Source: an uncultured Chloroflexia bacterium (GTDB taxonomy: Bacteria; Chloroflexota; Limnocylindria; Limnocylindrales; CSP1-4). Taken from it: a stretch of DNA of 64,000 nt. Each line of letters begins with the position of its first letter. Position 1 is the first letter of the stretch. Location: assembly GCA_963788685.1 (NCBI GenBank), contig CAWBHP010000011.1, forward strand, positions 449,350-513,349. The letters are read 5' to 3'. Positions 56,655 through 64,000 of this stretch are shown here, one piece after another. The notes beneath the pieces were generated by a model. It searched no databases and was not told the DNA's origin. It saw nothing but the letters and a program-made list of their open reading frames with translations. Made by a program: the position numbers and the translations under genes.

Positions 56655-57347
56655 GCCACCTCCCCGCTCGGTGCCCGGACGCCGCGGGGCAGGGTCACGT
56701 AGTCCGGGACGAGCCGGGCGAGATCGTCCTCGTCCCCGGCCGCGAACCGCTCGGTGCCGAGGCGCATCAGCGCCGCCGCCAGGCCGTCTCGCGCCCGATC
56801 GCCACGGGCGGACGCGTCCGGGCGCCGCGCGACCTTCGAGATCGACGGCGACGAGGACGTCGCCATCGGCAAGCTCCGGGTCGCTGCCGCCCGGCAGGAG
56901 TTCCGGCGCGCGGCCGTGCCGGACGACGATCCGGTCCGATGGTCCGGCGGGGAGCAGCAGGACGACCCGCTCCGGCGGCGTAGCCTCGTCGGAGGCGGCC
57001 GCGGCTGCGATCAGGGCCTCACCGCTCGGAACCCCGACGATCGGGCGGCCCAGGGAGTGCGCGAGGGCCTTGGCGGTCGCAATCCCGACGCGCAGTCCGG
57101 TGAAGGCTCCCGGGCCCGTCCCGACGACGATCGCGGCGATCCGCGAGCGACGGAGATTCAGCTCCCCGTGAAGCCTGCCGATCGCCGGCAGGAGCTGCTC
57201 CCCGTGGCGATAGCCCGCCTCCCAGGTCGTCGCGCCAAGGAATTGGCCGTCCGGCGCCGCGGCGGCGACGACGACCCGGCTCGTCGCGCTGTCGATCCCG
57301 AGAATCCACGGGCGGCGCCCGTCCGTGGCAGATGCCGCCGCGCTCAC
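56633..57347 (-). CDS. tsaB: tRNA threonylcarbamoyladenosine biosynthesis protein TsaB; one frame break
   Basis: ILGIDSATSRVVVAAA...IVVGTGPGAFTGLRVGIATAKALA. A break near 56815-56830 joins ORF 56633..56872. The GTG overlaps the tsaE stop (GTGA at 57344-57347). Confidence 0.85.
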
Positions 57348-57829
57348 GCGGCCGCCTCGAGGTAGCGCGCCAGGGTCGGATCGAGAGCCCGGATCGTGAT
57401 CGTCCGGGAATCGTCTGCCGCCCCGCTGAGGCCGCTCTCGATTGCCACATCGAGACGGGCCGAGGGCAGCAGCTCGCTCATCCGCTCCGGCCACTCGACC
57501 AGCGTGACGCCGCTCGCCTGGCGATCGTCGAGCAGCCCGCCCGCGAGCGCCTCCGACGCGTCGGCGAGCCGGTACAGGTCGATGTGGAACAGCGGCAGGC
57601 GGCCGGCGTATTCGGCCATGAGGATGTAGCTCGGCGAGTTGATCGTCTCGGTCACCCCCAGACCCGCCCCGAATCCCTTCGCGAACTGCGTCTTGCCGGC
57701 TCCCAGCTCGCCTCGCAGGCAGATGAGATCGCCGGGCAGGGCAGCGGCAGCCAGCCTGGCGGCCAGCTCGCGCGTCGTCGCCGGGTCGTGGCTGATGAAT
57801 CGCCGCTCGAGGGCGGTCGGGACGGACAT
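57344..57829 (-). CDS. tsaE: tRNA threonylcarbamoyladenosine biosynthesis ATPase TsaE
   Basis: Intact 161-aa ORF with LRGELGAGKTQFAKG (P-loop), SPSYILMAEY and FHIDLYRL. Confidence 0.88.
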   Translation of the reverse strand: MSVPTALERRFISHDPATTRELAARLAAAALPGDLICLRGELGAGKTQFAKGFGAGLGVTETINSPSYILMAEYAGRLPLFHIDLYRLADASEALAGGLLDDRQASGVTLVEWPERMSELLPSARLDVAIESGLSGAADDSRTITIRALDPTLARYLEAAA

Positions 57830-57876
57830 CGGACCGAGGGTAGCCCAAGGACCGGGCGCCTGCCGGGGCGGGAGCC

Positions 57877-58909
57877 TCAGCCGAACCGCTCGAGGTCGGC
57901 GAGAGGGACCGGCACCGGCGGCCAGCCTTCGAACGCCACCCAGCCGGCTTCGAGGAACGTTCCGTCGGCGAAGCGGCGCAGGCCGGCGAGACCCGCCCAG
58001 CGGCCCTCCCGGCCGACCCGCTCGCCCGCCCGGACCCGGACGAGGTCGCGGGGCGGAGGCGGGAGGTCGATCTCCGGTTCGTTGAACACCAGCGCGGGCG
58101 GATCCAGGACGATCGCCACCTCGCGCCCGGCCAGCGCTGCCAGGACGGCGGCAACGGGACCCGCGATCTTTCGCCGGACGGCTCCGTCGAGGACGAACAC
58201 GGCGAAGGTCGGCAGCCGATGCAGCGACGCCCGCTGGCGGGCCTCCGAGGCGAGGAAATCACGTCGATCCTTGCCGGCGAGGCCGGCGACGATGATGCCG
58301 CGCAGCCCCATCGCGCGGGCGCGGGTGAGCGTCTCAGCGTCGACGCGCGAGCCGACGACGAGGATCGCCCCGGCGAGGCCGACGTCGAGACTCCCGGGCC
58401 GGAGCCTGGCCCCGGACTTGCTGCCCTCGCCCGGCTCCGGGTTGATCGCCAGGAGCCCTCGCGTCGGTTCGCCGATCGCCTCGACGCCGCGGAGGATGCG
58501 CCCCTCCGCCCGGACCGCGATCCCGACTCCGGGCCGGACATGGTGGACGACGCCGGCGATCGGGGTGTCGATCTGCTCGGGATGTTCGCCGGCGGCCATC
58601 CGCCAGTGCCCGCCGAGCTCGAACAGGAGCTCGCCGGACGATTCGCCGCGGCTGCGGCGGAGCTGGACCCCCGTCGCGTGCGATGGCTCCGTCCAGCGAT
58701 CGCCCGGACGGGCCTCGGCCCCGACGGGTCCGGAGCGAACCTCGACGAGACGCGTGTCCCGCAGCCGGTCGGCGATCCGCGACCCGGGCACGAGGACGTC
58801 GCCGGCCGGCAACGAACGCCCGATCGCCCGCACGCAGCGGAAACCGGACCTCGATCGGTCCTTCGACGACGGGGCGGCGGACGACGTACTCGATGCCGGG
58901 GTCGGTCAT
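57877..58909 (-). CDS. Hypothetical protein, partner of the GlmL/MutL-like gene; one frame break
   Basis: ATG 58909 overlaps the upstream stop (ATGA). MTDPGIEYVVRRPVVEGPIEVRFPLRA joins ORF 57877..58833 near 58815-58835. Barrel-sandwich-like segments (GDVLVPGSRIADR; IAGVVHHVRPGVGIAVRAEGRILRGVEAIG) are followed by LVVGSRVDAETLTRARAMGLRGIIVAGL. No family recognised. Confidence 0.5.
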
Positions 58910-60519
58910 CGGTCGCGCGTGACCCACAGCGAGTCCTGCCAGGCCTCGAGCAGCTCCCGGCGCCGCTCGGGCCGGTCCGGCAGCCGAAGCGGCACGTCAC
59001 GGAGATCGAGCAGCAGGCCGCCGAGACCACCGGCGACTTCAACGGCGAACTTCCGGCCCCGACCGCCCAGCCGGACCGTATCCCGGAACTGGAGCTCGGC
59101 GGTCCCCCGCTCGCCGGGTGGCAGGTCGACCAGCTCGAGTCCGCCCGGGATCAGCTCGATCTCGCTGGACCCGGCGGCGCCCCGGACCGTGACGTGGCCG
59201 GCGCTCCTGCCGGGACGGATCCCGCCCGGGATGACGATGCTCGCGAGCGGCGCGAGGAGGTCGTCGGCGATGTCGGCGATGAGCTGGCGACGCTCCGATC
59301 CGTCCGGGATCGAGCCGAGAGGGGCAAGAAGGCGGGCATGGTCGTAGGCAACACTGACTGCCGCCGGGCGGCGGACCACGTCCGCGATCGCCAGGGCGAT
59401 GGCCGGTCCCGGGGCGACGGCCCAGGCTCCGCCGGCGGCGACGATGAGGTCGGGTGCCGGTTCGGCCGACTGGTCCGGCGTCGCCTCCATCAGCACCGCC
59501 AGCGCGGCTCGCGCGGCCGCCAGGCGGAGCCGGGCACCCTCGCCGGCGGCATCGCACCACGGCGCGATGCGGAGCTCGCGGAGCCGATCGCGCAACCGAT
59601 GCCTGTCGATCGGGACCGTGGACCAGGCGAGGACTCGGTCGACCGCCGCGTCGTCGGGGTCCGGCGGAACGAGACCGGCGTCGGCGATGAACGAGGCGGT
59701 CACCCGTCCCGGCGAGCCGGCGACGCTCGGGGCCGCCGTTGCCCGGAGACCGCCGTCGAAGCCGATGTCGACGACCTCGACCCGACGGTCGATGGCGTCG
59801 GCCAGGCCGGCGGCTGCGCGGGCGATCGCGCGCCGAGCGTCGTCGCGTGGCGCGCGGAGATCGTCGAGCAGCTCGCGGAGCGCCGCTCCCGGCGGGTCAC
59901 CGGATGTCGCCGCGGGCGCCAGCATGACCTCGCCCTTGCGAACGCCATCGGTCGCCTCGAACCGGCTGAGCTCCTCCGCCATCGATCCGGCCAGGATCAC
60001 GCTGAGCTCCGGGCGGCGGGCCGCCACCGCCGCGACAAGGCTGGCCACGTCGTCGAGCGCTCGCCGCTCGTCGGGTCCCGGCGGCTCGCCGGCCCCGAGG
60101 AGCACCGCCTCGACGGTCGGGTCGAGGAGCATCGCCGTCATCGCCAGCGGGTCGACCGTCTGGGGGCTCGCAACGAGGACGCGCCAGCCACTCCGACGAG
60201 CAGCCTCTTCGAGTGGCGCCACCGCCCGGTCCGAGGCTGCGATCGCCGCCAGGCGCTGCGGCCGGGCGCTCTGGGAGACCAGGCGGGGCAGATCGCTGGC
60301 GGCCCCGGCCCGATCGATGCCGAGCGAGCGCGCCAGTTGGGGGTCGCCCTCCCCGGTCCGGTTCAGGAGCAGCCGGACGAGGGCGTCGACATCGATGCCG
60401 GCGGGCATCGCCAGCGCCCCGATCAGGCGCCACCGGTGGCGGACCCGGGCAACGAGCGCAACAGACGAGGTGGCGGCACCCAGATCGATGGCGAGGAAAG
60501 CTCTCGGGTCGCTCGTCAC
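58906..60519 (-). CDS. Actin-like (ASKHA) ATPase-fold protein resembling the GlmL/MutL (glutamate mutase L) family
   Basis: Intact 537-aa ORF. The N-terminal phosphate-1-like AFLAIDLGAATSSVALV and the length and organisation recall the GlmL/MutL family. The assignment is from memory and needs an HMM search. Confidence 0.45.
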   Translation of the reverse strand: MTSDPRAFLAIDLGAATSSVALVARVRHRWRLIGALAMPAGIDVDALVRLLLNRTGEGDPQLARSLGIDRAGAASDLPRLVSQSARPQRLAAIAASDRAVAPLEEAARRSGWRVLVASPQTVDPLAMTAMLLDPTVEAVLLGAGEPPGPDERRALDDVASLVAAVAARRPELSVILAGSMAEELSRFEATDGVRKGEVMLAPAATSGDPPGAALRELLDDLRAPRDDARRAIARAAAGLADAIDRRVEVVDIGFDGGLRATAAPSVAGSPGRVTASFIADAGLVPPDPDDAAVDRVLAWSTVPIDRHRLRDRLRELRIAPWCDAAGEGARLRLAAARAALAVLMEATPDQSAEPAPDLIVAAGGAWAVAPGPAIALAIADVVRRPAAVSVAYDHARLLAPLGSIPDGSERRQLIADIADDLLAPLASIVIPGGIRPGRSAGHVTVRGAAGSSEIELIPGGLELVDLPPGERGTAELQFRDTVRLGGRGRKFAVEVAGGLGGLLLDLRDVPLRLPDRPERRRELLEAWQDSLWVTRDR

Positions 60520-60570
60520 CCCGCCATGCTACCCGTGATTGAGCCGTCAGTGGCGATCCGCGATCCTCCG

Positions 60571-60738
60571 CCGTTGGTCCGCCAGCCGGACCAACGGGCG
60601 GGCGGGGGCACCGTTAGGTCTTCGAATCAGCGCGTCAAACGCCAGTTGGTCCGCCAGCCGGACCAAGGAGCCACGGGGAGGGCCAATCGAGGCTCGAATC
60701 GGCCTCCCGAACGCCCGTTGGTCCGCCAGCCGGACCAA
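60571..60738. repeat. Three phased copies (72-nt period) of a perfect 21-nt palindromic motif TTGGTCCGCCAGCCGGACCAA in an intergenic gap
   Basis: Identical copies lie at 60574-60594, 60646-60666 and 60718-60738 (8-bp arms, 5-nt centre CCAGC; the first copy extends to 11-bp arms at 60571-60597). Each is preceded by CGCC-N-G. The two 51-nt spacers align ungapped at 28/51 positions, including TCGAATC and AACGCC. Confidence 0.9.
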
Positions 60739-60779
60739 GCGCGGCAAGACGTCCACCTGGGCTGTCCTGGCGGCAACCG

Positions 60780-61070
60780 CTAAGCGTCCCAGGTGATTTC
60801 TTCGTCGAGTTCCTCGAGCCGCGCTATCAGCTGCTCGATACCGGCGTCGTCGGCGAGGATCTCCGAGGCGCCCGCGAAGCCCCCGCCGAACAGGCCGCGG
60901 AGGACCGGATCGAAGAACAGCATCGCGTTCGCGCCGAGCGGCCGGTAGGGCCGGCTGGCCTGGAGGAAGTGGACGGCAGGGCCGGTCAGGCCGCGCAGCT
61001 GGATCTCGCGGGCGACTTGCTCGACGAGCTCGTCGCGCTGCTCCTCGGTCGGCTCGTACGGGAGGCTCAC
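60780..61070 (-). CDS. Small acidic hypothetical protein (96 aa)
   Basis: Intact ORF MSLPYEPTEEQRDELVEQVAREIQLRGLTGPAVHFLQASRPYRPLGANAMLFFDPVLRGLFGG...; 4-nt overlap with the macro gene stop. No family recognised. Confidence 0.5.
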   Translation of the reverse strand: MSLPYEPTEEQRDELVEQVAREIQLRGLTGPAVHFLQASRPYRPLGANAMLFFDPVLRGLFGGGFAGASEILADDAGIEQLIARLEELDEEITWDA

Positions 61071-61611
61071 CCGATGCCGCCGTTGACCGGAGCCGGGGAC
61101 GCGGGCTCTGCGGTCGCAGCGAGGGCGACTTCGAACGCCTGGTAGGCGGTCGCGCCGCGCATCGCGAAGATGACGTGCTCCAGGCCCGGCGAGCGTTGCA
61201 GTTCGTCGCGGACCGCTTTTACGGCGACGAGGGCCGCCTCATCGAGCGGAAAGCCGCCAACTCCCGTGCCCATCGCCGGAAAGGCGACGCTCGAGCGCCC
61301 ATTTCACGTGCCCGGGCGAGGGCGCTGCGGACGGCGCCGTCGATGACGGTTGCGTTGGTCCTGCGATCCCGGTCGAGGGACACGGCGTGGATGACCGCCT
61401 TGGCGGCGAGCTTCCCCGCCGGCGTGACAATCGATTCGCCCATGGACACGGGCGCTTGCCGCACCGCGGCGAACTCGATCGAGTCGCCGCCGGCCCGCTT
61501 GATCGCGCCGCCGACGCCGGTCGACATCCAGAGCGAGACATTCGCCGCGTTCACGATCGCGTCGACCTCAAGCTCGCAGATGTCTCCGTTCCAGAGTTCG
61601 ATTCGAGCCAA
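61067..61611 (-). CDS. Macro domain protein (ADP-ribose/O-acetyl-ADP-ribose binding or hydrolase); one frame break, start uncertain
   Basis: IELWNGDICELEVDAIVNAANVSLWMSTGVGGAIKRAGG and SVAFPAMGTGVGGFPLDEAA. A break near 61285-61300 joins ORF 61067..61273. The candidate TTG at 61611 follows GGAGGG by only 3-4 nt. Confidence 0.75.
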
Positions 61612-62870
61612 GCACCCTCCACGGACGCCAACGTACGGATACCAACCGGACCGGCCGAGGCATGGTACACCCGAGGAAGGCGCCTGGAAGTCGTCGTCAC
61701 GACCTCCCATGAGTTCGTGGTGCGGGCCCGCGCCAGTTCCAGTGCCGTGATCCGCTCTGACCCCTGCTCGCCCAGCAGGACGAACTCGTCCTCGACGCCG
61801 ACCGGCGGCCCGGGGACGTCGGTGACGTCGAACATGATCGCGTCCATTGCGACGTTGCCGACGAGTGGCACTCGGCCGCCCCGCACGAGCGCCTGGGCGC
61901 GGTTCGAGAGCGATCGCGGCCAGCCATCGCCATAGCCCAGCGGCAAGGTCGCGATCCGGCTTGGCCGGCCGGTCTCGAACGTGGGGCCGTACGAGATCCC
62001 GTGTCCGGCCGGCAGCTCCGCAACCCGCACCGGGCGGGCCTTGAGCGACATCACCGGGCGAAGCCGCGAGGCCGCCGACGGCAAGGACGACGGATCGAGC
62101 TCCTCGGGGGCGATCCCGTACGTCATCAGCCCGGGGCGCACCGCGTCGTACGACGGAATCTCCTCCAGCAGCAGTCCGGCGCTCGCGGCGAGGTGCCGTC
62201 TCGGCACACCGTATCCCGGCCGCGGCGAGCGCCGCGAGCGCCGCCTCGAAGCGCGCGATCTGGGCGGCGGTCCTCGGTTGATCCTCCGCCTCCTGGAGGT
62301 GCGTCCAGACGCCGGCGAGTCGAGCCCCGTTCGTGGCCGCGATCGACGCGGCTGCCGCAACGACATCCGAAGCCACCACGCCGCCGCGTCCGAGCCCCGT
62401 CTCGATCTCGAGCTCGATCTGGAGTTCGGGCGCCGAGGGCCGCGCGTCCGCCGCGCCGACCCGCGCCAGGAGCGCAGCAAGGATCTCGCCATCTCCTGCA
62501 GCGACGGCGATCCGGCGCGCCGCTGCCTCCGCTGCGAGGTCCGGCGGGATCGGATAGAGGACGGTGATCCGTCCCTCGAGCCCAGCCGACCTGAGCGCGA
62601 CAGCCTCATCGAAGGTCGCCACGCAGAGGCCATCGGCGCCCCCTTCGACGAGCGCCCGGGCGACCGGCACCATCCCATGGCCGTACGCATCCGCCTTGAC
62701 CACGGGCTCGACGAGCACGCCCGGTCCCGCGAGGTCCCGTGCCACGGCGAGGTTCGTGGCAAGAGCATCCAGATCGATCTCGACCCATGCGGTCCGCGGA
62801 AGGGGGGCCAGGCCGGCTGCCGCGAGCTGATCCTCGATCGGGCGGCGGTCAGTCGGTGGCGGACCGGCGT
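61551..62870 (-). CDS. alr: Alanine racemase; one frame break, both ends uncertain
   Basis: WVEIDLDALATNL, PLP-Lys motif VVKADAYGHG (frame of ORF 61219..63270), then AVRPGLMTYG...GISYG...LPLGYGDGWPR...VGNVAMD...RLPRVY (ORF 61551..62768). Break near 62205-62215. No ATG/GTG/TTG in frame between the nnr stop (62880) and the first conserved motif. The 3' end as read overlaps the macro gene by about 60 nt. Confidence 0.8.
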   Translation of the reverse strand, partial: TPVRHRLTAARSRISSRQPAWPPFRGPHGSRSIWMLLPRTSPWHGTSRDRACSSSPWSRRMRTAMGWCRSPGRSSKGAPMASAWRPSMRLSRSGRLGSRDGSPSSIRSRRTSQRRQRRAGSPSLQEMARSLLRSWRGSARRTRGPRRPNSRSSSRSRRGSDAAAWWLRMSLRQPRRSRPRTGLDSPASGRTSRRRRINRGPPPRSRASRRRSRRSPRPGYGVPRRHLAASAGLLLEEIPSYDAVRPGLMTYGIAPEELDPSSLPSAASRLRPVMSLKARPVRVAELPAGHGISYGPTFETGRPSRIATLPLGYGDGWPRSLSNRAQALVRGGRVPLVGNVAMDAIMFDVTDVPGPPVGVEDEFVLLGEQGSERITALELARARTTNSWEVVTTTSRRLPRVYHASAGPVGIRTLASVEGAWLESNSGTETSASLRSTRS

Positions 62871-62879
62871 CGTCGGTGG

Positions 62880-64000
62880 TCAGGTCGACGTCCCGCGACC
62901 CTGCCCGGGGTCGGCGCCGGTTTCGCGCGTTCCAAATCCCAGTCGGGCTCCTGCCGCCCGCCGCTCGGCGACGGCGGCCAGGCGTTTCCGCGCGACGGCG
63001 ATCGGATCGGGCAGATCGGAGGCGAGGAGGCCTGCGTCGCCGAGCCGCTCGCTGACCATGTCGCCGGCCAGGCCGTGGAGATAGACGCCCAGCCGCGCCG
63101 CCGCGAACGGCGTCAACCCCTGGGCGAGAAGCGAGCCGATCGCGCCACTGAGGACGTCGCCCGTCCCGCCGGTGGCGAGGGCCGGATTCTCGAACGGCGC
63201 AACCGCCACGGAGCCGTCCGGTGCCGCAATGACGGTCTTGGCGCCCTTCAGCACGACGACGTGGCCCCACATCGATGCGGCGTCACGAGCGGCCGCCGCG
63301 CGCGCCGCGTCGTCGGCGATCAGATCGCCGTCGTCGCCCGGCGCGCGGCCACTCCCCGCCCTGAGCCGTTCGAATTCACCGACGTGCGGGGTGAGGACCG
63401 CCGGCCGCCGGTCGCCGTCCCACCACCGGGCCATGGTGGCGAGCGATCGGAGCGCCTCCGCATCGAGGACGATCGGCGGCGGCTTCTCGTCATCCGGGGC
63501 GGCGAGCAGCTGGCGGACCAGTTCGGCGGTGGCGAGGCCGGGTCGCAGGCCGGGACCGACGACCAGCGCGTCGTGCTCGTGGTCGAGGATCCGCGATAGC
63601 GCCGGCTCCGGGTCGACCTCCTCGACGTCGTCCTCCGGCAGCGCCATCGTGGTGGCTTCGATGACCTTCGCGGCGAACAGCGGCTGAAGCGACTCGGGGA
63701 CAGCCAGGGTGACGAGCCCCGCGCCGGCCCGTCCGGCGGCGCGACAGGCGAGCAGCGCCGCCCCGGCGTAGTCGAGGGATCCGGCGACGACGAGGACCTT
63801 GCCGAACGCGCCCTTGTGGCCGCGCTTCGGCCGCTCCGGAAGCAGCGCCGATGCCGCGGCGTCGTCGAGCGTCACGGCGCCCGGGACCGGCGGGTCCAGC
63901 GTGGCGCCCGTCGCACCGGCTTCGCGGCGCCCGAACCCGACAGGTCGATCAGCCATCGCCGTCGACGCCCTCGGCCAGGCGGGCCGATTCGTTGTGGAGT
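62880..64000 (-). CDS. nnr: NAD(P)H-hydrate repair enzyme Nnr (ADP-dependent dehydratase domain seen; probably continues upstream beyond window)
   Basis: KRGHKGAFGKVLVVAGSLDYAGAALLACRAAGRAGAG, VLTPHVGEF, VVVLKGAKTVIAAPDG and ATGGTGDVLSGAIGSLLAQG. The frame stays open from 63956 to the window edge. Confidence 0.8.
   Translation of the reverse strand, partial: STTNRPAWPRASTAMADRPVGFGRREAGATGATLDPPVPGAVTLDDAAASALLPERPKRGHKGAFGKVLVVAGSLDYAGAALLACRAAGRAGAGLVTLAVPESLQPLFAAKVIEATTMALPEDDVEEVDPEPALSRILDHEHDALVVGPGLRPGLATAELVRQLLAAPDDEKPPPIVLDAEALRSLATMARWWDGDRRPAVLTPHVGEFERLRAGSGRAPGDDGDLIADDAARAAAARDAASMWGHVVVLKGAKTVIAAPDGSVAVAPFENPALATGGTGDVLSGAIGSLLAQGLTPFAAARLGVYLHGLAGDMVSERLGDAGLLASDLPDPIAVARKRLAAVAERRAAGARLGFGTRETGADPGQGRGTST

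Noticed and set aside
60611-60710. tRNA-like T-arm (TTCGAATC / CTCGAATC) inside 72-nt units, hinting at tRNA-derived repeats
   Set aside because: The 8-11 bp stem with a 5-nt loop does not fit an anticodon arm. I could not fold an acceptor stem or D-arm. The candidate T-stem has an 8-nt loop. This is probably coincidental.
60571-60738. CRISPR array interpretation of the three phased repeats
   Set aside because: There are only three copies, and the repeat is 21 nt (27 nt at most) and fully palindromic. The spacers are 51 nt and are homologous to each other (28/51 identities). No cas genes or leader-like sequence lie nearby. Diverged tandem duplication fits better.
60539-60796. ORFs 60539..60796 (+), 60547..60756 (-) and the tail of 58219..60783 (+), which translate the repeats as RWSASRT / LVRLADQ / LVRQPDQ peptide repeats
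   Set aside because: All three frames on both strands are open simply because the unit is 72 nt (a multiple of 3) and GC-rich. The palindrome gives similar peptides on both strands. There is no RBS or family resemblance. I treat the region as non-coding.

Overview
Very GC-rich bacterial chromosomal segment (GC judged by eye, not computed). Gene content and local order (nnr-alr ... tsaE-tsaB-rimI-tsaD-rsmA-ispE; recO beside glyQS) look Actinomycetota-like; this is inference only. I support about 58 protein-coding genes. They comprise housekeeping enzymes (DEAD-box helicase, UvrD-like helicase, PPDK, GlyRS, GlmU, IspE, RsmA, t6A genes, Alr, Nnr, RecO), four two-component systems including a CheB-CheR-PAS-histidine kinase fusion, an ECF sigma/anti-sigma pair, and a block of exported hydrolases at 26.0-35.3 kb (M14 carboxypeptidase, DUF2330, cupredoxin, and a roughly 1,900-aa S8 protease with a malectin-like end). 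I saw no rRNA, tRNA, cas genes, transposase, integrase or phage genes. Two things stand out. (1) About 80 reading-frame breaks by manual tracing interrupt otherwise well-conserved genes. They are strongly clustered: several multi-kb stretches are clean, while others break every 100-300 nt. This looks more like indel error than decay. (2) The 260-nt gap at 60520-60779 holds three perfect copies of a 21-nt palindrome (TTGGTCCG-CCAGC-CGGACCAA) spaced exactly 72 nt apart. It lies just upstream of an uncharacterised GlmL/MutL-like ATPase plus partner gene that sit between alr/macro and the tsaEBD genes. I could not recognise a clear novel defence or mobile system. Gene boundaries in frame-broken genes are approximate.
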